DNA of 64,000 nucleotides from a bacterium (lineage in GTDB: Bacteria; Electryoneota; JAOADG01). Positions 9,459 to 19,485 of this stretch are shown piece by piece. The translations under genes were made by a program, and so were the position numbers. The DNA is taken from contig OY820579.1 in assembly GCA_963681965.1 (NCBI GenBank), positions 896,001 through 960,000 of the forward strand. The letters are read 5' to 3'. The notes beneath the pieces were generated by a model that was given only the letters and a program-made list of their open reading frames with translations, did not search any database and was not told the origin of the DNA. Every line of letters begins with the position of its first letter. Position 1 is the stretch's first letter.

Positions 9459-11459
9459 TTAGAAACCGGTGTTGTAGTCCAATCGCAAGATAACCTCGCG
9501 ACTTGCTCCCGGAAGTGGTGCATGACCACTGTTGTATCCCTGAACATAATCGATTTTTGTGTTACCCAAATTGTAGCACCCTAAACCGATTTTCAAGCCT
9601 TTGATGAAACAATCGTCCATCGTGACGTTCAAATTAACTAGCGTACACGGTGATAGTGAACTCAACTCGCCGGTTCCTGTTGTATCGACTGGAATGTATC
9701 CATACACCTTGCTGGTATAGGTCAATGATGGATGAATGCCAATCCGATTCGATACGCGATAGGTTGCAATCAGATTGATTTTATGCGAGGGCATTGCTAA
9801 TAACTGCTCGGGGTGGTCGGGCACTTCGTAATTCACAACCCGATTTTGACTCACCTGATAATACGAATAATTCACCGCCATCATACCCCATTTGGGTTTC
9901 CACTTGTATTCAAATTCAATTCCCTGAGTAGCCATTTTATTGAAATTAGCATACCCTTCGGAAACGGTGTCGACATAATAAACGATCGGTTTATCGATCA
10001 TGTTGTAAAACGCATTGGCAGTGATAAACATATTACTGGTTAGCAGATATCCCGTTTCGCATTCGTAGACTGATGTCTCTTCCGGTTTCAAATTCTGGTT
10101 AAGTTCCAAGTGTCTGATTGCCGGCGCCCGAAACGCTTTGCTGTAAAGAAGTTTCAGATGCAGTTTATTGAATATTTTCGTCATCGCGAACCGCGGAACA
10201 AACGATGTGCCGCTTGCACTATGATGATTGTATCGGGCACCCGCCGAGTAATTGCCGTAGCGTGATTGCAGCGACAATTGAGTGTAGGCGGCAGTGTTTT
10301 GATAATTCACTTGACGACGACCATTTGCCAGTGTCAGCGTATCGGGTGAGGTCGAATTCAATTTGCCGCCATCGTCGAAATACTCGACACCACCAAGGAT
10401 CGAAAATTTCTCCGATGCTAGATAATTCGCCTGAACTTCGCCGGTAATTCGTTGTAGCGTAAAATCGGCATATGCGACATCAGTGATTGCTTTATCGGTG
10501 CACAACCAGGGTTGGCTATTCTTATAATTCAGTTTGGGAGTGATCGATAGTTTGTCGGTGGTTTTCCACTCATAACTTAGATTCACAATATTCGTATTGA
10601 AATCGGTTTTGGCGGGATGATCGAAGATCGCGTCGAAACCGTCCTGATTGGTGGTGTGATAATAATCCAACAGCCACTGCAATTGTATTTGGCGATATTT
10701 CAGATCGAGGTGAGCGAATGTCGGATCCAATCTGGCATTGTTTTTCACCTTGAAAGTGGAACCGTAGAAGTCGGTATAATCGCGATCGCTACGATTTCCT
10801 TTGCCGCTAGCGAGTTGAAATGCGACCGATAAATCTTGGTAGACTTGACCGACAGCTAGATGGATATTGTGGCGAAGCATACCGCTTTCCATCCGACCGA
10901 TCGATGTCCCAACCGTAACGCCGTTTACCGACTCGGCGCTTCGAGTTACGATGTTGATCACTGCCAATTCGCTGTAACCGCCATAAATTGCCGAACCCGG
11001 ACCTCTGATTACCTCGATGTATTCGACATTTTCCATGAGAAAATGGTTGCCGAATTGAATCGTCGAATACAGATCTTCGTTCATCGTGAGACCATCGATC
11101 ATAACCAAGATCTTGCCTTCACTTCCCCATAACCCGCGAATACCAAGTCCCAGCGAGTTTTGTACATCGGAACCAAAACTAAAACCCGGTACTGCCCGTA
11201 AAATATCGACCAGATCGCGTGCGCCCATTGCGACGATTTCATCGTGGGTGATTTTGGTGATGATACCGGGTGTTTCGCGAATTGTTGTTTGATTCTTAGA
11301 GACCACCGATACCTTTGTATTCAGAAGTTCCTCGAGCGACATGTCGAATAATTTCTGATCGGAAGTCTCGGTTGCATACAAATGAGTCGGGAAGAGGAAA
11401 AAGATACTTACGAAAATAACGAACGCAGTCGAAATGTAACTGCTATGCCACAAAGACAT
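9459..11459 (-). CDS. TonB-dependent receptor
   Basis: Signal peptide, MSLEELLNTKVSVVSK N-terminus, plug motif IEVIRGPGSAIYG and C-terminal Phe. Confidence 0.9.
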   Translation of the reverse strand: MSLWHSSYISTAFVIFVSIFFLFPTHLYATETSDQKLFDMSLEELLNTKVSVVSKNQTTIRETPGIITKITHDEIVAMGARDLVDILRAVPGFSFGSDVQNSLGLGIRGLWGSEGKILVMIDGLTMNEDLYSTIQFGNHFLMENVEYIEVIRGPGSAIYGGYSELAVINIVTRSAESVNGVTVGTSIGRMESGMLRHNIHLAVGQVYQDLSVAFQLASGKGNRSDRDYTDFYGSTFKVKNNARLDPTFAHLDLKYRQIQLQWLLDYYHTTNQDGFDAIFDHPAKTDFNTNIVNLSYEWKTTDKLSITPKLNYKNSQPWLCTDKAITDVAYADFTLQRITGEVQANYLASEKFSILGGVEYFDDGGKLNSTSPDTLTLANGRRQVNYQNTAAYTQLSLQSRYGNYSAGARYNHHSASGTSFVPRFAMTKIFNKLHLKLLYSKAFRAPAIRHLELNQNLKPEETSVYECETGYLLTSNMFITANAFYNMIDKPIVYYVDTVSEGYANFNKMATQGIEFEYKWKPKWGMMAVNYSYYQVSQNRVVNYEVPDHPEQLLAMPSHKINLIATYRVSNRIGIHPSLTYTSKVYGYIPVDTTGTGELSSLSPCTLVNLNVTMDDCFIKGLKIGLGCYNLGNTKIDYVQGYNSGHAPLPGASREVILRLDYNTGF

Positions 11460-12211
11460 GAGTTGTTCTCCTTAGTTAATGGCTCAACTGGGATCAATCG
11501 AAATGTTACGCGTGATGTGAGTCGCGAAAATAAATTTCAATACTGGATTGATGTCGAGAGGTGCCCAATCAAACTAATTCAAATATACTATTTGAATTGA
11601 GAATTTCAATTGATGTTTCTTGATGATAATTTTGCAGAGTCGCGAGTTTATTGGTGATTGAAAATATTTATTGGTTTAAATAGTTTGTGAGTATTCGACT
11701 TCTGTCGACAAATAGTGTTACCCATCATAATTCAACACCGCTATTTAAATCGGATGTGGATATCACATTAACAGATCAAAGGCTATTCCGATTTTCTCCC
11801 AGATTTGGCGATTCAATGCATGAATTCACCGAACGATGTAGGTCGCGAGAGTTCATTCGATAAGAGGAGGTTGGAGACTCCTGTTCGACTCCCTTTTGTG
11901 ACTGAAATTATGGAGATGATGGATAAGCGAGTCAGTACCTACGAAAGAATCGACGAATTTAAATTAGATCGCAAGCGATTTAAGTAAGAATTTGCTAGAC
12001 ACATAGGATCACAGGCTCGGAGGTTTGCGCCACCAACAGAATCGGAATTGGGTGGTAAGGATTAGGTTTTGGGAAAAGACGAAAAGAGAGGGTTGCCACA
12101 CCCGGCATTCGCCGGGTTGGCAACGACAGATAGTAAATCGATCACGGTGGGTACGAGCATAATATTATCCCGCTCAAGGAACTCCGTGAAAGCGTCCAGG
12201 CGAGCTTCGCC

Positions 12212-12787
12212 TCAGTTCGCGTGGTACCGTTTCAAACCGGTCGAGAACGCATCGCCGACCTTTTCGCCGAAGCGGTAATAGTGTCGTACGACTGTCGCGT
12301 ATGCCATCGGATCCAACTTGACAATATCAATTTCACCCTGTTCGTTCAATACCGATTCCGATACTTTGACATCGAGAATCTCGCCGATAAACTGCGTGTG
12401 GAGTCCGATCGGCAATGTGTGAATCAGCTTGCACTCCAGCACCAGCGGAAAATCGGGTACCAGTGGTGCATCGACCAATGTGCTGCAATCGGGGGTCATG
12501 CAGATCGCTTCGAATTTATTCTCGTCGTTTCCGGAATAGATACCGACATAATCGGCTTCGCGCACTTGCGAGGCGTGGGGAATATGGACAGTAAAGGCTT
12601 CGCGCGCCTTGATGTTATGATAGGTCGCCGTCGCTTCGCGCAGCGAAATGGCGATACACGGCGGTTTACTGCAACAGATACCGCCCCAGGCGACCGTCAT
12701 GATATTGGGCGCGCCTTTGGGATTGTACGTACCGATCAACATGACCGGCGTGGGAAATAGAATGGTTTTTGCACCGAGTGATTTCAT
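12212..12787 (-). CDS. Flavin reductase-like protein (flavoredoxin)
   Basis: PNIMTVAWGG, LECKL and GLHTQFIGEI motifs; AAGGAG RBS before ATG 12787. Confidence 0.88.
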   Translation of the reverse strand: MKSLGAKTILFPTPVMLIGTYNPKGAPNIMTVAWGGICCSKPPCIAISLREATATYHNIKAREAFTVHIPHASQVREADYVGIYSGNDENKFEAICMTPDCSTLVDAPLVPDFPLVLECKLIHTLPIGLHTQFIGEILDVKVSESVLNEQGEIDIVKLDPMAYATVVRHYYRFGEKVGDAFSTGLKRYHAN

Positions 12788-12816
12788 CGTATACTCCTTG
12801 ATCAACAACATGCCAG

Positions 12817-15800
12817 CTAAGCCGAATCAATAACTTTCAATGCTTGTAACACCCGAGCAGCCGCCTCGTCGGGGCTACTCTCTTTCCTGATCGAAACACA
12901 AATTCCGAGTGGATCGGATACGACCCACGACTCCTTATTTTCAAAAAATCCCGAAAATCGTTTCATCCACTCGCTGACTTCGGGGTGATTCAATGTCGTG
13001 GCATCTTCGGATAATTTCGCGACTATTCTCGCTTCGCGCGGTTTGATCGCAATTTGAGAAATTCCCGTTCGCTTGGCTTCGGTACGAAGCGATACGACCA
13101 ACAATAACCGAATAACTGCTTCCGGCAATCGTCCGAACCGGTCGCGCAAATCGGAACGAATCTCGTTGACAGTATCGATCGAGCGCGCCTCTTCCAACCG
13201 GCGGTAAATATCGACCCGCTCGAATACCGTCTCGATATATTCCGGTGGCAGCAGCGCTTCGCCGGGAAGATCAATCCGGATCGCCGCCTCTTCCTTCGGC
13301 AACTCGACCGTTTCGGGATCGCGCCCCTCGCGCAACGCCTCGATCGCCTCTTCCAACATCTCAAGGTACAAGTCGAATCCGATCGCGGCAATCATGCCGG
13401 ATTGTTCTTTCCCTAATAAATTACCGGCCCCGCGAATTTCCAAGTCCCGAAGCGCCACATTGTAACCTCCTCCGAGTGAATTGAATTCCTGCAACGTTCG
13501 CAGTCGCTTGCGAGCAGTCGAGGAAACCGTGAGTTGCGGTGGGGTGAGCAGCCACGCATACGCCTGCCGGTTGCTGCGCCCGATGCGACCGCGGAGCTGA
13601 TAGAGCTGGGCGAGACCGAGTGTGTCGGCACGATTCACAATCAGAGTGTTCACATTCGGCATATCGATGCCGGATTCGACAATCATCGAACTGAGCAGAA
13701 CCTGATAGCGCCCGGTCAAAAAGTCGAGCATGATGCGCTCGAGGTCATGTGCGGCGAGTTTCGCATGTGCCATTGCGATTTTGATCGCGGGAACAATTTG
13801 TTCCAATCGCATCTTGATTTGCGGCATCGTCTCGATGCGATTGTGGACGAAGAAAACCTGACCACCTCGCGACGTCTCGCGGAGGATTGCTTCGCGGATG
13901 AGGCGTTCGTCGAACGGGGTGACTTCGGTTTCGATCGGCAATCGTTCCGCCGGAGCAGTGCGGATGTACGAGACATCGCGCGCACCGGAAAGCGCAAGCT
14001 GCAAGGTGCGCGGAATCGGCGTTGCCGACAGCGATAGCACGTCGACTTCGGTACGTTTCCGGCGAAGATCGTCCTTCTGTTTTACACCGAATTTGTGCTC
14101 TTCATCGACCACCACCAGACCCAGCTTTCGGAATTCGACGTCTTTGCTCATCACGCGGTGTGTACCGATCAGGATATCGACTTTCCCCTGACGCGATTCT
14201 TCGAGGATGCGCTTGACCTCTTTCGGTGCAGTGAAGCGCGACAGTACTTCAATATTGGCACCAGTGAACCGGAAGCGATCGCGAAACGTTACGCCGTGTT
14301 GTGCCGCCAGAACGGTCGTGGGGCAGACGATAGCGGCTTGTCGCCCTTCCTGCAGTACTTTCCAGACGGCGCGCATTGCCACTTCGGTCTTTCCGAAGCC
14401 GACATCGCCAATTAACAAGCGATCCATCGGTTGCGGCGATTCGAGATTCTGTTTAATCTCCTCGGTCGCGGTTAACTGATCGGGGGTGTCCTCGTATTCG
14501 AATGCGGCTTCGAATTCGTGTTGCGATGCACTGTCGGGATTCACCGGAGGACGTTCGATGACCGCGCGGGTGGCGTACAATTCGAGAATTTGCTTCGCCA
14601 TATCGCCCGCCATCTTGCGGGCTTTGGTGCGGAGGTTGTTCCATTCGGCGTTGCCGATTTTCGATAGTTGCGGGTCGCCATCTTCGGCACGGTAAGGTTG
14701 CAATTTCGCAAATTGCTCCATCCGGACATACACCGCGACACTACCGTAGAACACAATCTTAAAACAGTCCTGCTCGCTGTCGGCAACTCTGATCCGCTCG
14801 ATGCCATCGAACCGACCGACACCGTGATCGATATGGACGACATAATCGCCGCGACGAAGCCCTTCGAGTTGCCGCTTACTTTCGCCGGTGGGAAGGAATT
14901 TGCGATGACGTCCGCGACGTCGAGTGCGACCGAACAATTGATGTTCGGTAAACAGCATCAACTTCGCTTCGGCGAGCGAAAACCCGCGATGGAGCGAGGG
15001 AACATAAATCGGTAACTCAGTCAACGCGGTGTCTTCATGTTCTTCGAATAAATCGTAGAGGCGCTCGCGTTGACGATCGGTATCGCAGAGTAAGAAACCG
15101 TTCCAATGCTGCGATTTTAAGCGGCGGAAAGCCCCTTCGAATGCATCCAAATCGCCGCGAAATTCTTCCAACGGTTGCCGCTTGATTTCGATGACCGTAT
15201 GCTCCGACGGTTCTTCGATCGGTACGTCTTCGTCACCGGTCACCTGATCTTGTTTAAACGCAGAGAATGTGATCTTGCCGAAATTGTTGATCAGTTTTGC
15301 CGCTTCGTTGGAGGATAGATAGGGAGGATGATCGACATCGGGACGCTCGATCACCGCGCGGTGCCAGTCGCGCCATGCGAATGAGACTCCAGCCGCATCG
15401 GAAATCACCAAGCGGGTCGATTTCGTTTTCAAAGTCTGCAGGATGTGGTCGGTTGAATCCTGTACCGGCGAGTGAATCCGGACTTTCGCTTCGGACACTT
15501 CTTCGACGGATCGTTGCGTATCGGCATCGACAAAGCGGAGGGATACGATTTCGATATCGTCTAATTCGATTCGCAGAAATCGCTGCTCACCCCACCCGAA
15601 CAGATCGAAAATGCCGCCGCGACGCGCAAACTCTTCCGGTTCAGACACCATTGCTTCGCGGCTGAATCCGGCATTGATTAATTCTTCGGACAGCTCTTCG
15701 GGATCGAGTAAATCTCCGACTTTGAACACTAATGGCGGTTTCGGATCGGAGATCCCTTCGAGTAAAACCACCGCCGGTAAAACGACGATGACCGGTCCAT

Positions 15801-16164
15801 CATTCGCCGACACTGATGCAAATAATTTCTCCAGTGCGACAGCGCGCTCGCTTCGTTCATTGGGTGGTGTGCCAACTTTATCGCCGGGGAACGCTTCGCG
15901 TTGCGGGCAGAGAAAGACCCGGTCGGGACAGAGGCTCATCAGGTCGTCGTGCAATGCTTCCGCTTCGGTGCGGTTCGGCGCGACAGCAAGTATTCGCTCG
16001 ATGCCTCGTGCATCGGCTTCGCTCAAGAGCATACCGGTAATCAGTGCTGGCAGCGAATCGGCTTCGCCGGGAATGTGAGTCGACCAGCCGCGCAGAGTCC
16101 GTTCGATGGCGCGATCGATCGATTCGCAATGCAGATAAGGGAGAAGCGCATCAAGCAGTGTCAT
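12817..16164 (-). CDS. mfd: Transcription-repair coupling factor
   Basis: UvrB-homology region, CarD/RID domain (VHIDHGVGRF), GDVGFGKTEVA, DEEH, QLRGRIGR and RDLEIRGAGN. Confidence 0.97.
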   Translation of the reverse strand: MTLLDALLPYLHCESIDRAIERTLRGWSTHIPGEADSLPALITGMLLSEADARGIERILAVAPNRTEAEALHDDLMSLCPDRVFLCPQREAFPGDKVGTPPNERSERAVALEKLFASVSANDGPVIVVLPAVVLLEGISDPKPPLVFKVGDLLDPEELSEELINAGFSREAMVSEPEEFARRGGIFDLFGWGEQRFLRIELDDIEIVSLRFVDADTQRSVEEVSEAKVRIHSPVQDSTDHILQTLKTKSTRLVISDAAGVSFAWRDWHRAVIERPDVDHPPYLSSNEAAKLINNFGKITFSAFKQDQVTGDEDVPIEEPSEHTVIEIKRQPLEEFRGDLDAFEGAFRRLKSQHWNGFLLCDTDRQRERLYDLFEEHEDTALTELPIYVPSLHRGFSLAEAKLMLFTEHQLFGRTRRRGRHRKFLPTGESKRQLEGLRRGDYVVHIDHGVGRFDGIERIRVADSEQDCFKIVFYGSVAVYVRMEQFAKLQPYRAEDGDPQLSKIGNAEWNNLRTKARKMAGDMAKQILELYATRAVIERPPVNPDSASQHEFEAAFEYEDTPDQLTATEEIKQNLESPQPMDRLLIGDVGFGKTEVAMRAVWKVLQEGRQAAIVCPTTVLAAQHGVTFRDRFRFTGANIEVLSRFTAPKEVKRILEESRQGKVDILIGTHRVMSKDVEFRKLGLVVVDEEHKFGVKQKDDLRRKRTEVDVLSLSATPIPRTLQLALSGARDVSYIRTAPAERLPIETEVTPFDERLIREAILRETSRGGQVFFVHNRIETMPQIKMRLEQIVPAIKIAMAHAKLAAHDLERIMLDFLTGRYQVLLSSMIVESGIDMPNVNTLIVNRADTLGLAQLYQLRGRIGRSNRQAYAWLLTPPQLTVSSTARKRLRTLQEFNSLGGGYNVALRDLEIRGAGNLLGKEQSGMIAAIGFDLYLEMLEEAIEALREGRDPETVELPKEEAAIRIDLPGEALLPPEYIETVFERVDIYRRLEEARSIDTVNEIRSDLRDRFGRLPEAVIRLLLVVSLRTEAKRTGISQIAIKPREARIVAKLSEDATTLNHPEVSEWMKRFSGFFENKESWVVSDPLGICVSIRKESSPDEAAARVLQALKVIDSA

Positions 16165-16191
16165 AAATTTCCAGCAAGATTAGTCGATATC

Positions 16192-16272
16192 GGAGCTCTG
16201 AAAAATAAGTTGTTAGTCGCCGGTCAGTCGAAGCCCGACATCGAATCATGACAACATCTTTTCCAGAACCAC
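16192..16272. mobile_element. MITE-like element, divergent short copy lacking the REP hairpin
   Basis: CTCTGAAAAATAAGTTGTTA...GGTCAGTCGAAGCCCGACATCGAATCATGACAAC...CAGAACCAC aligns with both ends of the 110-bp copies. Confidence 0.65.
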
Positions 16273-16491
16273 GATCGATAAATCGGATCGAAACGGGTTC
16301 AGTTGCAAGCAACTGCGAAATCCCCCGCTGCGATTCGCAGGGGGGTTGAACGCATTAAATTACGGTCGAATTTGGTTTTATCCAATGGTTACCGCAAAAT
16401 ATCGCGACAAAGTCGCAAATACTAACCCCCGATTCCCGTTTTAGCGAAAATGGTTATATCTTATTACATGAATTCAGTCAAAGGAAATACT

Positions 16492-16836
16492 ATGAAAGCG
16501 ATTCTCGCGTGTGCGGTTCTTTGTTTATTGATGGGTTGCACGGCGAAGCCATCCTACGTGAAAACGGAACTCACCTGGGATAAAGATATTCGTCCCATTA
16601 TTGAAGTGAACTGCTTCGATTGTCACGGTCGCACGAAAACCGAAGGCGAAGTCAACCTGATGAGCAATGAGGTTGTGAAAGACAAGTTGTGGACAATCTA
16701 CAAGGTTGTCGTTCAGAAACAATCGATGCCACCCGAGAATAAATTAGGCATCGAGTTGTCGCAGGGCGATCGGCTGTTGATCAATAGCTGGATTCGCGGT
16801 AACGCTCCCGGTATCAGCACCGGACAACCGTACTGA
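16492..16836 (+). CDS. Small monoheme cytochrome c lipoprotein
   Basis: Lipobox LMG-C, CFDCH heme motif, distal MPP and W-I-R-G end. Confidence 0.8.
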   Translation: MKAILACAVLCLLMGCTAKPSYVKTELTWDKDIRPIIEVNCFDCHGRTKTEGEVNLMSNEVVKDKLWTIYKVVVQKQSMPPENKLGIELSQGDRLLINSWIRGNAPGISTGQPY

Positions 16837-16856
16837 CATTCTTTGATTTAATCGTG

Positions 16857-16887
16857 AAAAAGCGGATCGATCGATCCGCTTTTTTTT
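16857..16887. terminator. Bidirectional terminator
   Basis: AAAAAGCGGATCG-AT-CGATCCGCTTTTTTTT. Confidence 0.75.
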
Positions 16888-16991
16888 GTAGTGCTGCTCT
16901 TTCGCTGCTCGGACTGAATGCGCCGTACGGCGAATGATGAACGTAGCAATTTGATGATTGAAATACGGATAGAACCGATCGGTTGCTTAAA

Positions 16992-17222
16992 TCAATCGCG
17001 AACGCCAATAATCCAATTGAGTGGATCGTGTAATCCATCTAATTCGGTGAATCGCCATTCGAATCCGACTGAAGCAATCAAATTGGCATGCTGCTCGGCA
17101 GTAGCACACAACAGCTCGAGCTTCTTCAGATATTCTTCCTCAGCAGTCATAACTTCATTTGCCTTTCGATAAAGGTCGCTCAAAATGTTCTGCTCACACT
17201 CCTGGAAATATTTTACAATCAA
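16992..17222 (-). CDS. Small hypothetical protein or gene remnant
   Basis: Protein-like composition and faces the bidirectional terminator. The frame stays open about 20 codons upstream of the TTG without an ATG. Confidence 0.3.
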   Translation of the reverse strand: MIVKYFQECEQNILSDLYRKANEVMTAEEEYLKKLELLCATAEQHANLIASVGFEWRFTELDGLHDPLNWIIGVRD

Positions 17223-17309
17223 TCCCCAATCATCGACAAAGTAATATAATTTGATTATTTTATTTCCGATAAACCTTACATCTTAAAAATACTTTCCGGA
17301 GCTAAAACC

Positions 17310-19067
17310 ATGGCGCGTCAAGTTGAGTTGTTCCGATTCCGACCGCTTCTCCTATTGCTGCTGGCGATATGTAGCGTAGCGCTGGCGCAACGGCAAGCTC
17401 CGATTACGTGGTCGCCAATGCGGGCATTTCCGATGACTCTTCCAACTGGAAGCTATCATGTCGGTCGTTTCGATGGCAAAGGGGATACACTCGTCGAGAC
17501 GTTATTCCATAATCATTGTGCAGTAGTAAGAATTAGTAGCAATGATGGTCAAACCTGGAGTCCGTGGCATTATGAAGATACTACTGAAGCAGTAAGTGAA
17601 GGCTATGCATTCACAGCTTTCTTTAGTTGGGGCATCACATCGATTGTTCAAGGGGCTCATAATTTTATCGCGATGTCGACAGCAGATTTAGGTTTGACTT
17701 GGACATCTCATCAACTAAATGACTTAACATATATACATCAAATCCGAAATGATACGATGTTAGTGAAATATGGACATAGTTTTTATCTCACTACTGACTC
17801 CACTTATACCTTTTCGCAACCGTATACTCTATTCCCCACTGGAACCATGGTTCTCGGAGTGTTTACAGGTAGTTATATCATAAATTTCGATATTTACAAT
17901 TTACAACCGGACAATTCAATTCGCTACTACTTTACGCGAACTGCAATCGACGGGAGTGGTGTTCCCGACCCGCCAACACGCTACAATTCGGATGTTAATG
18001 TCACTACATGGGCTCATCCATGGGCAAATGCCGAAGGTACTATCGTCATGCTCTCGGAAGATTGGTATCCCGAAGACGACACCCTCAATACCTGCGACTA
18101 CAATGTCAGTTTCGACAATGGTGCGACCTTTTCGCCCGCCGAGCATTGGACACCGCATAACAGCGCAGGTGCGAGACACTTAGTAAATAATCAGGATAAT
18201 TTGTGGGTAGGTGTAGTTCATCAATCATATTACACCGATTCTACAACTGGTGCAAGTTTCATACGATTTTCAGCAAACAAAGCTCAAAGTTGGTATCCGA
18301 AGCAGCTTGTAACAACTATTCCTTATACGACTCAATCTGAACCATGCATGATTGATATTCGATCAAATCGTATTCGAATCTATTATGCTTCTGTGGTTTG
18401 GGGTAATTTTCAAAACACGAATATGATTTTCGAAGGGATCATTCGTCCCGACACCATACCGCCGACCATTACCGACATCATTCCTCCCCCCAACTGGTTT
18501 TATCCGGCTCATGCCGCACAAATTTCCTGTCGTGCCAGCGACAACGATACGCTTTGGAGGGTACGATTCGGGTATTGGAATCGCAGCGGTGGCGATACCA
18601 TCTGGACCAATATGACACAGCGTGATTCACTTTATCAATTGGGATTTGTCGCTCCCTACAATCGGGGTGTCTATGGATACAAATTCGAAACGGAAGACTA
18701 CTGGTTGCATCGCAACGCGATTACTTCGAATGATACCGGCACTTTCACCGTCAGTTACAACGGTGCCGAGGAAACGCCGCCGCTCCCGATCCAACCCGAT
18801 CTTCGCGCCTTCCCAAATCCGGTGAATGGGATGATTACCTTCACTGGTCAGTTGCCTGCGCATTCATCGAATACGCAACTCAAAATCTACAATCTTACCG
18901 GTGCGCTGGTTGCATCGCTGCCGCTCAAACCCAATGCTACCGGCAGTTACCGCGCGACGTGGGATTGCCGAAATACCCAAGGGATTAGTGTCGCTTCCGG
19001 CGTGTATTATGCCAGTATCGGAGAATCGTCGGTTAATCGCATTGTCAAATTTGTCGTTGCGCGTTAA
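17310..19067 (+). CDS. T9SS cargo with Asp-box/BNR-like repeats and FlgD-Ig/type A C-terminal domain
   Basis: Signal peptide; SxDxGxTW repeats; C-terminus AFPNPVN..IYNLTG..WD....SGVYY. Confidence 0.85.
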   Translation: MARQVELFRFRPLLLLLLAICSVALAQRQAPITWSPMRAFPMTLPTGSYHVGRFDGKGDTLVETLFHNHCAVVRISSNDGQTWSPWHYEDTTEAVSEGYAFTAFFSWGITSIVQGAHNFIAMSTADLGLTWTSHQLNDLTYIHQIRNDTMLVKYGHSFYLTTDSTYTFSQPYTLFPTGTMVLGVFTGSYIINFDIYNLQPDNSIRYYFTRTAIDGSGVPDPPTRYNSDVNVTTWAHPWANAEGTIVMLSEDWYPEDDTLNTCDYNVSFDNGATFSPAEHWTPHNSAGARHLVNNQDNLWVGVVHQSYYTDSTTGASFIRFSANKAQSWYPKQLVTTIPYTTQSEPCMIDIRSNRIRIYYASVVWGNFQNTNMIFEGIIRPDTIPPTITDIIPPPNWFYPAHAAQISCRASDNDTLWRVRFGYWNRSGGDTIWTNMTQRDSLYQLGFVAPYNRGVYGYKFETEDYWLHRNAITSNDTGTFTVSYNGAEETPPLPIQPDLRAFPNPVNGMITFTGQLPAHSSNTQLKIYNLTGALVASLPLKPNATGSYRATWDCRNTQGISVASGVYYASIGESSVNRIVKFVVAR

Positions 19068-19105
19068 TTATGTTTTGTCTGTCATTGCGAACTGCTTCTA
19101 TTTCT

Positions 19106-19373
19106 GTAGGGGCGAATCGCATTCGCCCCAAGCGGCAGGCAGCGCCTGACGCATAGAATGGGTGGTGGAAGATAGGTTTTAGGGATGGGAATATGATAAA
19201 TAAAAAAAAAAGCCGATTCGGAGATCGGCAGTACTACAGGAAATTGATAAACTAAGCGGGCGTATTGCCATACGCCCCTACGGCGGCAACGTCGTTGCCG
19301 CTTGCGGGCGGACACGGGGGTCCGCCCCTACTTGAAAAAGGATCGATGGGAGGGCTCACGAGCCCTCCCCTAC
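19106..19373. repeat. Cluster of four GTAG-REP-like palindromes
   Basis: 19106-19129 on + strand; 19258-19281, 19304-19331 and 19348-19373 on - strand. Each is GTAGGGG followed by a GC-rich hairpin. Confidence 0.8.
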
Positions 19374-19401
19374 TAAAAAATCCGAATGGGTAAAATCATA
19401 C

Positions 19402-19433
19402 AAAAATGGACGCCAGTTGTGAGGCGTCCATTT
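19402..19433 (-). terminator. Terminator after gltX
   Basis: AAAAATGGACGCC...GGCGTCCATTT. Confidence 0.6.
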
Positions 19434-19485
19434 AACATAAGCGAGTGGATACTGTGAATCTTTCGCGTAAAAAAACCGTGGTCGA

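Noticed and set aside
12085-12130. Long hairpin GTTGCCACACCCGGC-ATTC-GCCGGGTTGGCAAC
   Set aside because: Single copy in the window; it may be a terminator or another repeat family, which cannot be decided here.
11460-12210. Possible cobalamin or c-di-GMP-II riboswitch before the TonB receptor; 60-aa ORF 11805-11987
   Set aside because: Only an isolated TTGGGCAC was found, with no other conserved elements; the ORF has no recognisable motif.
12196-12214. TGA stop of the flavin reductase followed by a hairpin (second Sec site?)
   Set aside because: The hairpin abuts the stop with wrong SECIS spacing, and the protein is already complete.
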